From assembly GCA_046570065.1 (NCBI GenBank), contig JBKHVM010000002.1:3967-67966 (forward strand): DNA of 64,000 nt. The letters run 5' to 3'. The stretch is from Bdellovibrionia bacterium. GTDB lineage: Bacteria > Bdellovibrionota > Bdellovibrionia > Bdellovibrionales > Bdellovibrionaceae. A model generated the notes under the pieces. That model was not told where the DNA came from and did not search any database. It was given only the letters and a program-made list of their open reading frames with translations. This document shows, piece after piece, positions 49,883-58,745 of the stretch; positions within the stretch are counted from its first letter, which is position 1, and every line of letters starts with the position of its first letter. The position numbers and the translations under genes are program-made.

Positions 49883-51415
49883 GTGTCAGCAGAAATTCTT
49901 ATCAACGTCAGACCCCAAGAGACCAGAGTTGCTTATGTTGAGGCAGGAGTGCTCACAGATCTAAAGATTGAACGCAAAACCTCTCCTACCTTGGTGGGCT
50001 CAATTTTTAGAGGAACCGTCATTCGCGTTCTTCCTGGTATGCAAGCTGCTTTTGTCGACATTGGTCTAGAAAAAGCAGCATTCCTCTATGTTGGAGACAT
50101 TCGTGAAGACGTAGACTCTGAGTCTTACCCTTTTGCCGACGTAGATCGCGATGAACCTTTTGCATTGGACGAGTCTGAGGATGAAGACAAGATCAGCAGT
50201 GTTAGTAATAAAACGCCAATTCAAGACCTTCTAAAAGAAGGCCAATCAATTTTAGTTCAAGTTGCCAAGGACCCTCTCGGCACCAAAGGCGCGAGGCTCA
50301 CTACTCATATTTCTATTGCTGGTCGATTCGTGGTCTTTTTGCCCACAGTTAGACACTTAGGAATTTCCCGTCGAATCGAAGACGAGGGAGAGCGCGAGCG
50401 ACTTCGTCAGCTTGTGCAAAAAATCAATCCTTCGGGTGGAGTCATTGTGAGAACCGCAGCCGAGGGCGCCTCTGAAGAGATGCTTAAAGCTGATATTGAA
50501 TATTTAGATCGCATGAGCAAAGAGGTCTTTAAGACTTACGAAAAAAGAACAAAGCCTGGCATGATTCACACAGAGCTTGATGTGGAGTTGCGAGCCCTGA
50601 GAGACCTAATGAGTGAAAACGTAGTCACTGTCTGGGTTGATGAATCCGAAGTACACAAAAAAGTGGTAAAATTTGTTTCGCAGTTTATGCCTAAGTACAA
50701 ACAGAATATCGTCATGTACCAAGAGCCAAATCCACTTTTTGATATGTATGATGTAGACATTGAAATATCACGCTCCTTAGATCGTAAGATTTGGCTCAAG
50801 TCTGGTGGTTATATTGTTGTCGATGAGGCTGAGGCTTTAGTTGTTATTGACGTGAACACCGGTAGATTTGTGGGCAAGAAAGATTTAGAAGACACCATTC
50901 TAAAAACAAATCTTGAGGCCGTCAGAGAAATCGCCCATCAGCTTCGCATCAGAAACTGTGGCGGGATTATTATTATCGACTTTATTGATATGGAAAAAGA
51001 ATCTCACCGCGAGAAAGTCCTAGAGACTCTAGCGGAAGAACTACAGAAAGACCGAGCACGTACTAATATTGTCTCGATGTCAGAACTTGGACTTGTGGAA
51101 ATGACTCGCAAACGCATACGTCCAAGCCTTATTAAAACACTCTGCGAACCCTGTTCATATTGTGATGGAAAAGGCTACATTAAGAGAAAATCAACTGTCG
51201 CCAATGAGATCTTTAGGGAGCTTGAGCGTGATGCAGACATGCTGGTGAATCCAAAAACTAATGTTGTGGTGCATTGCCACTCGCAGGTTGTTGACTGGAT
51301 TTATGAGGTTGAAGGTGAGTCTTTAGAGTATATAGAGAAGAAATTAGGGCGCTCCGTAGCCTTTAAAATTGAGCCAAACTACCATGTGGAGCAATACGAG
51401 ATCTTTTTTGTATAG
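49883..51415 (+). CDS. rng: Ribonuclease G/E-family endoribonuclease (Rng/CafA-like)
   Basis: GTG at 49883, 6 nt after AGGAG (the ORF track starts at TTG 49853). S1 domain GSIFRGTVIRVLPGMQAAFVDIG. DNase-I-like motif VVIDVNTG. Confidence 0.88.
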   Translation: MSAEILINVRPQETRVAYVEAGVLTDLKIERKTSPTLVGSIFRGTVIRVLPGMQAAFVDIGLEKAAFLYVGDIREDVDSESYPFADVDRDEPFALDESEDEDKISSVSNKTPIQDLLKEGQSILVQVAKDPLGTKGARLTTHISIAGRFVVFLPTVRHLGISRRIEDEGERERLRQLVQKINPSGGVIVRTAAEGASEEMLKADIEYLDRMSKEVFKTYEKRTKPGMIHTELDVELRALRDLMSENVVTVWVDESEVHKKVVKFVSQFMPKYKQNIVMYQEPNPLFDMYDVDIEISRSLDRKIWLKSGGYIVVDEAEALVVIDVNTGRFVGKKDLEDTILKTNLEAVREIAHQLRIRNCGGIIIIDFIDMEKESHREKVLETLAEELQKDRARTNIVSMSELGLVEMTRKRIRPSLIKTLCEPCSYCDGKGYIKRKSTVANEIFRELERDADMLVNPKTNVVVHCHSQVVDWIYEVEGESLEYIEKKLGRSVAFKIEPNYHVEQYEIFFV

Positions 51416-51633
51416 TCCTAAGTAGCTGTAATAATGAAATAATTTCCATACTTATCGCGCAAACAGCGAACTGGACCAGTTTGCATGAAATGGGATTGAT
51501 TTTAGTCCTGAACTTCGATAGCCTCAATCTTCCGAAATTAATGCTTAAAAAATAGTAGCTTTAGGTTGACAAAGCCTACTGCAAAGTGGCATTTACCACT
51601 AGCTTAATTCGGATAGTAATTTGGAGGTTAAAA

Positions 51634-52206
51634 ATGTACGCTGTCATTCGCACTGGTGGAAAGCAGTACAAAGTTCAAGCTGGTGATGTGGTTCAAGTAG
51701 AGAAACTTGAAAATGCATTGGGCACTGAATTTGATATCAACGAAGTTCTCATGGTTGGTGGTGAGTCCACTCACGTTGGTCAACCTCTTGTTAAGGGCGC
51801 TAAGGTTACTGTTGTAGTTACAAAGCAAGCTAAAACTCGCAAAATGTACGTTTTCAAAAAGAAGCGTCGTAATGGCTACAGAAACTTCAACACTCACAAG
51901 CAAGAGTTTACAGAGTTATTTGTGAAGTCTATCACTTCTCCTGATGGAAAAGTGGAGCAAACTGATGCTCAACCAAAAGTTATGGATATGGCCAAGATCC
52001 GTGCAGACAAAATTGAAGCTAAAGTATCTGCTAAAGAAGAGCGTCTTTTAAATAAAGATTCAGCATCTGCTGAGTTGAAAAAAGAAGCTAAAAAAGTAGC
52101 AAAGAAGAAAGTTGCAAAGAAAGCAGTAAAAAAGACTGTTAAAAAGACAGCTAAGAAAACTGCAGGCAAGAAAAAGGCCACTAAAAAAGCAACTAAGAAG
52201 GCATAA
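51634..52206 (+). CDS. rplU: 50S ribosomal protein L21 with a ~90-aa Lys/Ala-rich C-terminal extension
   Basis: ATG at 51634, after GGAGG. MYAVIRTGGKQYKV is the canonical L21 N-terminus. The core is ~100 aa, followed by ...KKEAKKVAKKKVAKKAVKKTVKKTAKKTAGKKKATKKATKKA. Confidence 0.93.
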   Translation: MYAVIRTGGKQYKVQAGDVVQVEKLENALGTEFDINEVLMVGGESTHVGQPLVKGAKVTVVVTKQAKTRKMYVFKKKRRNGYRNFNTHKQEFTELFVKSITSPDGKVEQTDAQPKVMDMAKIRADKIEAKVSAKEERLLNKDSASAELKKEAKKVAKKKVAKKAVKKTVKKTAKKTAGKKKATKKATKKA

Positions 52207-52236
52207 TTTAGTTTAATCACATAGAAGAGGTTAGTC

Positions 52237-52500
52237 ATGGCAAGTAAAAAAGCCGGTGGTAGTACAAAGAACGGTCGTGATTCACAGTCGAAACGTTTAG
52301 GTGTAAAAAGATTTGGCGGAGAGCATGTTCTTCCGGGAACAATTATCGTTCGTCAGCGCGGAACTAAGTTCCATGTTGGTAACAACGTGAAAATTGGACG
52401 TGATTACACTATCTACTCAGTTATTGACGGTGTTGTTAAGTTTGAGCGTTTCTCAAAAGAGCGCTTCAAAATCAGCGTTTACCCAAAAACTGCAATTTAA
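52237..52500 (+). CDS. rpmA: 50S ribosomal protein L27
   Basis: 87 aa. [24 protein letters not shown] is the canonical L27 N-terminus. Confidence 0.96.
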   Translation: MASKKAGGSTKNGRDSQSKRLGVKRFGGEHVLPGTIIVRQRGTKFHVGNNVKIGRDYTIYSVIDGVVKFERFSKERFKISVYPKTAI

Positions 52501-52534
52501 GTCGCTCAAACATTGATAGATATTTCAATATTGA

Positions 52535-52564
52535 GGGGAGCCTGTATCAAGGCTCCTTTTTTTT
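52535..52564 (+). terminator. Intrinsic terminator between rpmA and obg
   Basis: GGAGCC-tgtatcaa-GGCTCC followed by T8. Confidence 0.7.
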
Positions 52565-52596
52565 GTTAAAAGGTAGTTTTTAGATTCGAGAAAAGT

Positions 52597-53628
52597 ATGA
52601 AATTTATTGATGAAGTTAGCATAGTAATAGCCTCAGGCCATGGTGGCCCAGGAGCCGTAAGCTTTCGACGTGAAGCCATGACTCCCCGTGGTGGACCCGA
52701 TGGTGGTGATGGCGGTAAAGGCGGCGATCTTATTATCCGCACCTCAAAGCATATCAATTCATTGGTAGACTTACGCCCTCACAAAAAATATTCAGCGCAA
52801 AACGGATTTCCTGGAGCGAGTGCAAATTGCTCAGGACATAACGGTGCAGATCTTGAATTGATAGTTCCTGAAGGAACAGTGGTTCGCAATATCGATGGGG
52901 AAATCCTTGTGGATATGACAGGCGTGGAGCGTTTTGTCTTATTAAAAGGTGGACGAGGCGGAAAAGGGAACACCTTCTTTAAGACGTCAGTAAATCAAGC
53001 TCCAGAACATGCGCAGCCAGGTGAGCCGGGCGAAGAGTTAGAGGTAAAATTAGAACTTAAACTCATTGCGGATGTTGGGATTATTGGTTTTCCAAATGCT
53101 GGAAAATCAACATTGATCTCTCGCATTTCGGCCGCTAAGCCTAAGATTGCTGATTACCCTTTTACAACATTAGTCCCAAATCTTGGTGTAGTAAAAGTGG
53201 GTGATTATGCTTCTTTCGTTGTTGCAGATATTCCAGGCCTCGTGAAAGGCGCTCATCAAGGCGTTGGCTTAGGCATTCAATTTTTAAAACACATCGAGCG
53301 CACTAAGTTGTTTATTCATCTAATTGATGCATCCGGAGTCTCTGGTCGAGAACCTCTTCAAGATTATGAAGACATCAATTATGAGTTAGAGAAATATGAC
53401 GAAAACAACAAAGAAAAAGAGGGCTTCTTTCCTCTAACAAGTCGTCCACAAATTGTTGTGTTAAATAAGATCGATACTTTGCGTGCAGATCAGCTGCAGA
53501 TGTTGATTGCGCAATTTAAAAAGAAAACGGGAAAAGAGCCATTTGTGATCTCTGCCGTTACTGGAAAAAACATTAAAGAGTTCATCACACATTTAGGAAC
53601 TTTGATTTTAGATAAGGATAGTTTATGA
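52597..53628 (+). CDS. obg: GTPase Obg/CgtA
   Basis: 343 aa. Gly-rich Obg fold (GGPDGGDGGKGGD). G1 GFPNAGKST, G3 DIPGL, G4 NKID. Confidence 0.95.
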   Translation: MKFIDEVSIVIASGHGGPGAVSFRREAMTPRGGPDGGDGGKGGDLIIRTSKHINSLVDLRPHKKYSAQNGFPGASANCSGHNGADLELIVPEGTVVRNIDGEILVDMTGVERFVLLKGGRGGKGNTFFKTSVNQAPEHAQPGEPGEELEVKLELKLIADVGIIGFPNAGKSTLISRISAAKPKIADYPFTTLVPNLGVVKVGDYASFVVADIPGLVKGAHQGVGLGIQFLKHIERTKLFIHLIDASGVSGREPLQDYEDINYELEKYDENNKEKEGFFPLTSRPQIVVLNKIDTLRADQLQMLIAQFKKKTGKEPFVISAVTGKNIKEFITHLGTLILDKDSL

Positions 53629-54641
53629 GAGTAGGTATATTCGGCGGAAGTTTTAACCCTCCTCACAATGGTCATATTAATGCCATTTCTACAGTGGCTA
53701 AGAAGCTTGGCCTTGATAAAGTACATGTCGTAGTTGCAGCACAAAACCCTATCAAAACTCCTGTTGATGGGCCAACACCTGAGCAAAGACTTGATCTCAC
53801 TCGCGCTGCCTTTTCTCAGTACGGAGATATGTTTTATATCGACGATCAAGAGGTGAAGCGTGGCGGAAGATCTTATACTATCGACACGATATTAAAACTT
53901 AGAGAAGACGTTAAAGCAGAAGACCTTTATTTAGTCGTTGGTGCCGACAAACTCGAAGAGCTCAATAAGTGGAAGGATTGGAATAAAATTCTAACAGAGG
54001 CTAACCTTGTTGTGACGACAAGACCTGGTTATGAACTTCCTACAGATAAAGAATCACTTCCTGAGTTTCTACAACCACTAGTTGCAGAATATGATTTTAA
54101 CTTTCTCGAACTCACTACCGGGCGCAACATTCAGTTTATCTCTCTTAAAGACATTGAGATTTCTGGAACTGAATTGCGTAAATGGTTACGAGCTGGCCGA
54201 CCAGTAGAAAAGCATTTACCACTTTCTGTTGAAGCTCATATTCGTGATAATAAGTTATACCGAAATCTTGGTGATAAGATTGGTGACTACAAAAAGTTCA
54301 CAGAGTTTTGTGCAGATGTTATTTTTAGTAAAAAGGGGATTAACGTTAAGGGCTTTGACTTAACTCAAATGGCAGCGCCATCTGAATACACCCTTATTGC
54401 ATCTGGAACATCGACTAGGCATGCCGTTTCTATGGCTGAAAATGTTATTCAGGCGGTTAAAGAAGAGTACGGAGTTTTCCCACAATCAGTTGAGGGAATC
54501 GAAGAGGGCCGATGGGTTCTCGTTGATTTTGGCTCTTTGATTATTCATCTATTTTATGACTTTGTAAGACAAGAGTATAATCTTGAAAACCTCTGGAAAG
54601 AGGGAACTAACATGGGCTTACAGGATCCTTACATCAAGTAA
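53625..54641 (+). CDS. nadD: In-frame fusion of nicotinate-nucleotide adenylyltransferase NadD (N-terminal) and ribosomal silencing factor RsfS (C-terminal)
   Basis: 338 aa. Residues 1 to ~213 carry the NadD motif GGSFNPPHNGH and ISGTELR. Residues ~222-338 are RsfS-like (YTLIASGTSTRHAVSMAENV...EEGRWVLVDFGSLIIHLF...YNLENLW). Confidence 0.85.
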   Translation: MRVGIFGGSFNPPHNGHINAISTVAKKLGLDKVHVVVAAQNPIKTPVDGPTPEQRLDLTRAAFSQYGDMFYIDDQEVKRGGRSYTIDTILKLREDVKAEDLYLVVGADKLEELNKWKDWNKILTEANLVVTTRPGYELPTDKESLPEFLQPLVAEYDFNFLELTTGRNIQFISLKDIEISGTELRKWLRAGRPVEKHLPLSVEAHIRDNKLYRNLGDKIGDYKKFTEFCADVIFSKKGINVKGFDLTQMAAPSEYTLIASGTSTRHAVSMAENVIQAVKEEYGVFPQSVEGIEEGRWVLVDFGSLIIHLFYDFVRQEYNLENLWKEGTNMGLQDPYIK

Positions 54642-54643
54642 TC

Positions 54644-55114
54644 ATGAAAGTTGTCTTTCTCACTGTTGCAACAGCCAAAGAGGAATGGGCCGATCAAGCG
54701 ATCGGCCTTTATTTAAAAAAGCTCAATCACTTTTTTCCTACTGAATACCGCAGTCTTAAACCCAAAAAATACTCTCGTGACTCTTCAGAAATTAAAAAAC
54801 AAGAGGACTCTGTTCTTTTGTTGGAAAGCATTTCTAAAGATGACTTCGTTTTTTTATTGGACGAAAAGGGTCAGACTCTTGATTCGCTTCAGTTTTCAAA
54901 AAAGATTGAAACCGTTTTAATGTCGGGAAAGAAAAGAATTGTATTTGTGGTGGGTGGGGCTTTTGGGGTCAGTGAGGAATTAAAAAAGAGAGCAGACTTG
55001 CAGCTCTCTTTATCAAAAATGGTATTTAATCATTTAGTGGCCCAAGTTGTAGTTTGCGAACAAGTTTATAGGGCCTTAACTATCAAAAACAATTTGCCCT
55101 ATCACAATCTATAA
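54644..55114 (+). CDS. rlmH: 23S rRNA (pseudouridine1915-N3)-methyltransferase RlmH
   Basis: 156 aa. SPOUT fold, C-terminal ...YRALTIKNNLPYH. Canonical position after rsfS. Confidence 0.9.
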   Translation: MKVVFLTVATAKEEWADQAIGLYLKKLNHFFPTEYRSLKPKKYSRDSSEIKKQEDSVLLLESISKDDFVFLLDEKGQTLDSLQFSKKIETVLMSGKKRIVFVVGGAFGVSEELKKRADLQLSLSKMVFNHLVAQVVVCEQVYRALTIKNNLPYHNL

Positions 55115-55900
55115 AGCTGCTTTCCATGGGGGAAGCTCCCCAAGCTCAACTTCTGGATCTCGGCCAAGATCTAAAAGGCGGTCCCACTCCAAAGGTAAGA
55201 ACATATTCTGTTCTCTATAAATATCTGTAGGCTCAAATGGGCGAGGACGATCACAGCTTGAATCTGGATCGTAAGTATCTTTGTGGCACAAAGACACTCT
55301 TAATTTTGAGACATCTTGATTCATGGCTCTTAACCACTCTAACATTAAAAGAGGTCTGGTTGGCTCAATAGCCGGATCAATAACATATTGCTCGCCATTT
55401 ACGTTGTATGCAATGGCAACGTGGTACCACCAGGTCACCCACCCACTCATAGTGTTTGGAGTTTTAACGTTTAAATCTCCAAAAACAAAAATCTTAGAGG
55501 GTGCGACAGGGGTGATAGCTTCTGTATTCAAAGACATGATACCTGCGCGAGCATAACAACCATCATCTGGGTATAGCCAAGTTGCTCTTCGTTCTTGGCT
55601 TTTTGATTTCAAAAACTTTGAGTCTCTTAGGTAGATAAATAACTTATTAAGAACATCAGCTTCTATTTGCGGAACGCTTGTGACATTTAGCTGATCCACA
55701 GGCATTTTTTGCCCTTCAGCTGAGAAACGACGGTTGTAAAATAGAGAGTAAGTAAAATCGCCCGTCTTTAGTTGCTTTTCTAGAAGCGCTCTGTGGCGTG
55801 CGTCTTCAAAACTTTCGTTATTAGCTCTAAAAGCAGAGAGGCCAACCGCATGTGCTTGGATGGTGAATAGATAAACAAAAATTGATATAAATAACTTCAT
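55109..55900 (-). CDS. Exported protein-glutamine glutaminase-like enzyme (papain-like Cys-His-Asp deamidase fold)
   Basis: 263 aa. Signal peptide ...QAHA|V and a ~90-aa pro-like region. YPDDGCYARAG (Cys115), WWYHVAIAY (His160) and YVIDPAI (Asp175) match my recollection of the Chryseobacterium protein-glutaminase motifs YPVDGCYARAH / WSYHVAI / IIDPS. Confidence 0.6.
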   Translation of the reverse strand: MKLFISIFVYLFTIQAHAVGLSAFRANNESFEDARHRALLEKQLKTGDFTYSLFYNRRFSAEGQKMPVDQLNVTSVPQIEADVLNKLFIYLRDSKFLKSKSQERRATWLYPDDGCYARAGIMSLNTEAITPVAPSKIFVFGDLNVKTPNTMSGWVTWWYHVAIAYNVNGEQYVIDPAIEPTRPLLMLEWLRAMNQDVSKLRVSLCHKDTYDPDSSCDRPRPFEPTDIYREQNMFLPLEWDRLLDLGRDPEVELGELPPWKAAL

Positions 55901-55972
55901 AAATGGCCTCTTTCGATGGGCAAAGTAGGATTATCGGCCCATTAAGTCAAAAACAAAAAAGATAAAAAATGA

Positions 55973-56656
55973 ATGAGACAAAACGGCACATTAAATGAAA
56001 ACTCTGTAATTTCAATGCTGCCGCAATTTAATATTAACAATTGGAAACTCTATTGCCCCATATGCGGTCAAATCCTTCTATTTTTCGACCAAATATGCAG
56101 TCCTTGCTGCGACCGCCTTGAACAAGAAATCGCTCCCCAGACTCGAAAGCAAAATGCTCTGGAGCATCGATTTTTGTGGAACTGGCAAAGTCGTAATGGC
56201 CCTCTGATTGCGCCCTATATACACGCACTTAAGGGCTCCAATCACAGAGCTGTTTTTGATTTTTGGAGTCATAAATTTATCATCCGACATCATTTGCTCG
56301 CAGCAGAATCCAAAGAAATATTGTTTGTGCCAGTGCCTTCTCAGCGAAGGATTAATCATGCTAATAGCTTTGCCTCGAGCCTAGCCGGCTTGCTTGGTTC
56401 TAAGACTACAGATGCTTTGAAAGTCACGGAAGCAGGCGAACAAAAATTCAAATCGAGACTAGAGCGCCAAAGAATTCGCTTTGCTGTAAATGAAAATATT
56501 TCATTATATGATCTTAAAAAAAAGAGGGTTATTATTGTTGATGATATTCTTACCACGGGGGCGACGGCTCAGGCAGCATATATAGCACTTGGCAGCCCCG
56601 AAGGGTCAGAGGTGTGGACTCTAGGATATCGCTCCCCGCAGACAAAAGACAAATAA
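55973..56656 (+). CDS. ComF-family phosphoribosyltransferase-domain protein
   Basis: 227 aa (alternative start ATG 56015). N-terminal Cys cluster CPICGQ...CSPCC. PRT motif VIIVDDILTTGATA. Confidence 0.8.
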   Translation: MRQNGTLNENSVISMLPQFNINNWKLYCPICGQILLFFDQICSPCCDRLEQEIAPQTRKQNALEHRFLWNWQSRNGPLIAPYIHALKGSNHRAVFDFWSHKFIIRHHLLAAESKEILFVPVPSQRRINHANSFASSLAGLLGSKTTDALKVTEAGEQKFKSRLERQRIRFAVNENISLYDLKKKRVIIVDDILTTGATAQAAYIALGSPEGSEVWTLGYRSPQTKDK

Positions 56657-56718
56657 GTACATAAACTTGCGGCATTGGGCGCGCGATGGTATATTCTCGA
56701 CCCATGATTATACCTCAA

Positions 56719-57372
56719 ATGACTCTCAAACTTACCACCTTTCTAAGTTGTTTTTTAATTGGTGTGAGCTCGGCTTCAGCGCAAAAGAGCACACTACTTG
56801 AGAGTACCATCAAGAAGTACAAACGCTCTAGTCTTGTAACAATGATGGTGGACAAAAAGGTGACTTCGGAGCTTATTGGTAAAGAAGTAGTTTACTCCGG
56901 GGAGATTAGCTTGGCAGGCAAACTTTTCCGTTGGGATACAAACACTCCAGAGGAGTCTATTTTACTCTTCGATGGAAAGACGATTTGGTCAGTGCAAAAG
57001 CCACCCAAAGATTTGCCAGGTCCTATTCAAGTTTCCAAGAGTCAGAATATAAAACAAATTCAAAAACAATCTCTTCTCTCAATCCTTTTGGGCGAAGAAA
57101 AGGTAAATGAAAACTTTAAAATTCTAAATGAAATCGAAGCTAACGGCACGAAAGTTATAAGCCTTGAGCCTTTAAAGAAAGATCTTTCGGTCAAAAACTT
57201 AGTAGTTAAAATTGACGTTAAAAAGCAAGAGCTTACTCAAGTAAGCTATATTGATGATCTATCGAACCAAACTGAGTTGGTTTTTAAAAAAACTAAGTTC
57301 TCTAGCAAAAAACCTAACAGCAAATTATTTAAATACAATCCCCCTAAGGGCGCACAGGTAACAGAAATATGA
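56719..57372 (+). CDS. LolA-like periplasmic lipoprotein carrier / outer-membrane lipoprotein-sorting family protein
   Basis: Start chosen at MTLKLTTFLSCFLIGVSSASA|Q (the ORF track starts at 56686). GKLFRWDTNTPEESILLFDGKTIWSV resembles the LolA core motif. Confidence 0.55.
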   Translation: MTLKLTTFLSCFLIGVSSASAQKSTLLESTIKKYKRSSLVTMMVDKKVTSELIGKEVVYSGEISLAGKLFRWDTNTPEESILLFDGKTIWSVQKPPKDLPGPIQVSKSQNIKQIQKQSLLSILLGEEKVNENFKILNEIEANGTKVISLEPLKKDLSVKNLVVKIDVKKQELTQVSYIDDLSNQTELVFKKTKFSSKKPNSKLFKYNPPKGAQVTEI

Positions 57373-58745
57373 GCGAACAAAATCAGACCGCTAAAGAAAA
57401 AGTCCACTTTATTAGCTTAGGCTGTCCAAAAAACTTGGTCGACAGTGAGATCATGGCTGGAACCTTGATGGGAGAAGGTTTTTCGATTGTTGGCGAGTCT
57501 GATGATGCAGACACTGTGATCGTGAACACTTGTGGTTTTATTGAAGACTCCAAAAAAGAATCTATTCAAAGAATTCTTGAAGTGAGTGCGCTCAAAGAAG
57601 AAGGAAAAGTAAAGCGCGTTGTTGTGGCTGGATGTTTAACTCAGAGATATAAAGATGATCTTGTTGAGGGCCTTCCAGAGGCGGACCTATTTGTAGGCTC
57701 TGGAGAATTTCAAAATATTTCAAAAATTCTAAAAAACCACAGTCAGGGAGATACCACGAAAAAGTTCTTCAACTTGCCAACCTATTTGCAGCAAGAAGAA
57801 ACTCCTCGCGTAAATTCACAGCCTGGACATCGCGCCTACTTGAAGATCTCAGAGGGCTGCATGAAGCGATGTGCGTTTTGCGCCATTCCTCATATTCGGG
57901 GAAATCTACAATCACGAACTATCGCTAGCGTTGTTAAAGAAGCCGAATTGTTGGCAAAACAAGGCGTAAAGGAACTTATAATAATCAGCCATGACTTTAC
58001 AGATTATGGATGGGACTTACGCCGTAAAAATCCTGAAGCTATCGAGAGCCCTGTAGAACTGCTAAGAGCTCTCGATAAAGTAGATGGCATTCAGTGGATT
58101 CGCCTTTTATACTTATATCCAGATGGCATAACCCCTGAGATGATTGAGCTTATCAAAGGTAGCAAAAAGCTTGTGAAATATTTTGACATGCCACTGCAAC
58201 ACATCAATGACGATGTTCTTAAGAGCATGAATCGCAAGATGACAAGAGATGAAATTGAAACAGTCTTGATGAATATCCGCGAAAATATTCCTGATGCTGT
58301 CATTCGTACTCAGTTTATTGTTGGCTTCCCAGGTGAAACACAAGAACAGTTTGAAGAGTTGTTAAAGTTTATTGCAGACCAAAAATTTGATCGTGTAGGT
58401 TGCTTCAAATATTCACCAGAAGAAAATACTGCTGGTGGCCGCATGACCAATCAGATCGATGAAGAAACAAAACAAGCGCGCTATGAAGCCGTGATGGAAG
58501 TTCAGCAAAATATCTCTCGAGAAAAGCACCGAGCTTTTGTCGGTAAGATTGTTGAAGTGTTAGTTGAGGGTTACTCCGAAGAAACAGATCTGCTCCTTCA
58601 GGGGCGTATGTCTCAACAGGCTCCTGAAATAGATGGCGTTGTGCTCATAAATGATGGTCAGGCTAACGTGGGTGATATGGTTAAGGTGCTTGTGACTGAT
58701 TCAATGGAGTATGATCTTATTGGTGAGATCGTAAGTGAACAGTAA
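57369..58745 (+). CDS. rimO: Ribosomal protein S12 methylthiotransferase RimO
   Basis: 458 aa. UPF0004 domain ISLGCPKNLVDSE. Radical SAM cluster CMKRCAFC. C-terminal TRAM domain. Confidence 0.9.
   Translation: MSEQNQTAKEKVHFISLGCPKNLVDSEIMAGTLMGEGFSIVGESDDADTVIVNTCGFIEDSKKESIQRILEVSALKEEGKVKRVVVAGCLTQRYKDDLVEGLPEADLFVGSGEFQNISKILKNHSQGDTTKKFFNLPTYLQQEETPRVNSQPGHRAYLKISEGCMKRCAFCAIPHIRGNLQSRTIASVVKEAELLAKQGVKELIIISHDFTDYGWDLRRKNPEAIESPVELLRALDKVDGIQWIRLLYLYPDGITPEMIELIKGSKKLVKYFDMPLQHINDDVLKSMNRKMTRDEIETVLMNIRENIPDAVIRTQFIVGFPGETQEQFEELLKFIADQKFDRVGCFKYSPEENTAGGRMTNQIDEETKQARYEAVMEVQQNISREKHRAFVGKIVEVLVEGYSEETDLLLQGRMSQQAPEIDGVVLINDGQANVGDMVKVLVTDSMEYDLIGEIVSEQ

Noticed and set aside
51566-51594. 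A perfect TTGACA upstream of rplU as a promoter -35 element.
   Set aside because: There is no acceptable -10 hexamer at 16-18 bp spacing (GGCATT, GCATTT or CATTTA), so it is not called. A nearby 13-nt palindrome, AACTGGACCAGTT (51469-51481), is also left unassigned.
51969-52238. An 89-aa minus-strand ORF opposite the L21 tail.
   Set aside because: It is the mirror image of AAG/AAA/GCN Lys/Ala codons, giving Phe/Leu/Ala repeats. This is an artefact of the repetitive tail.
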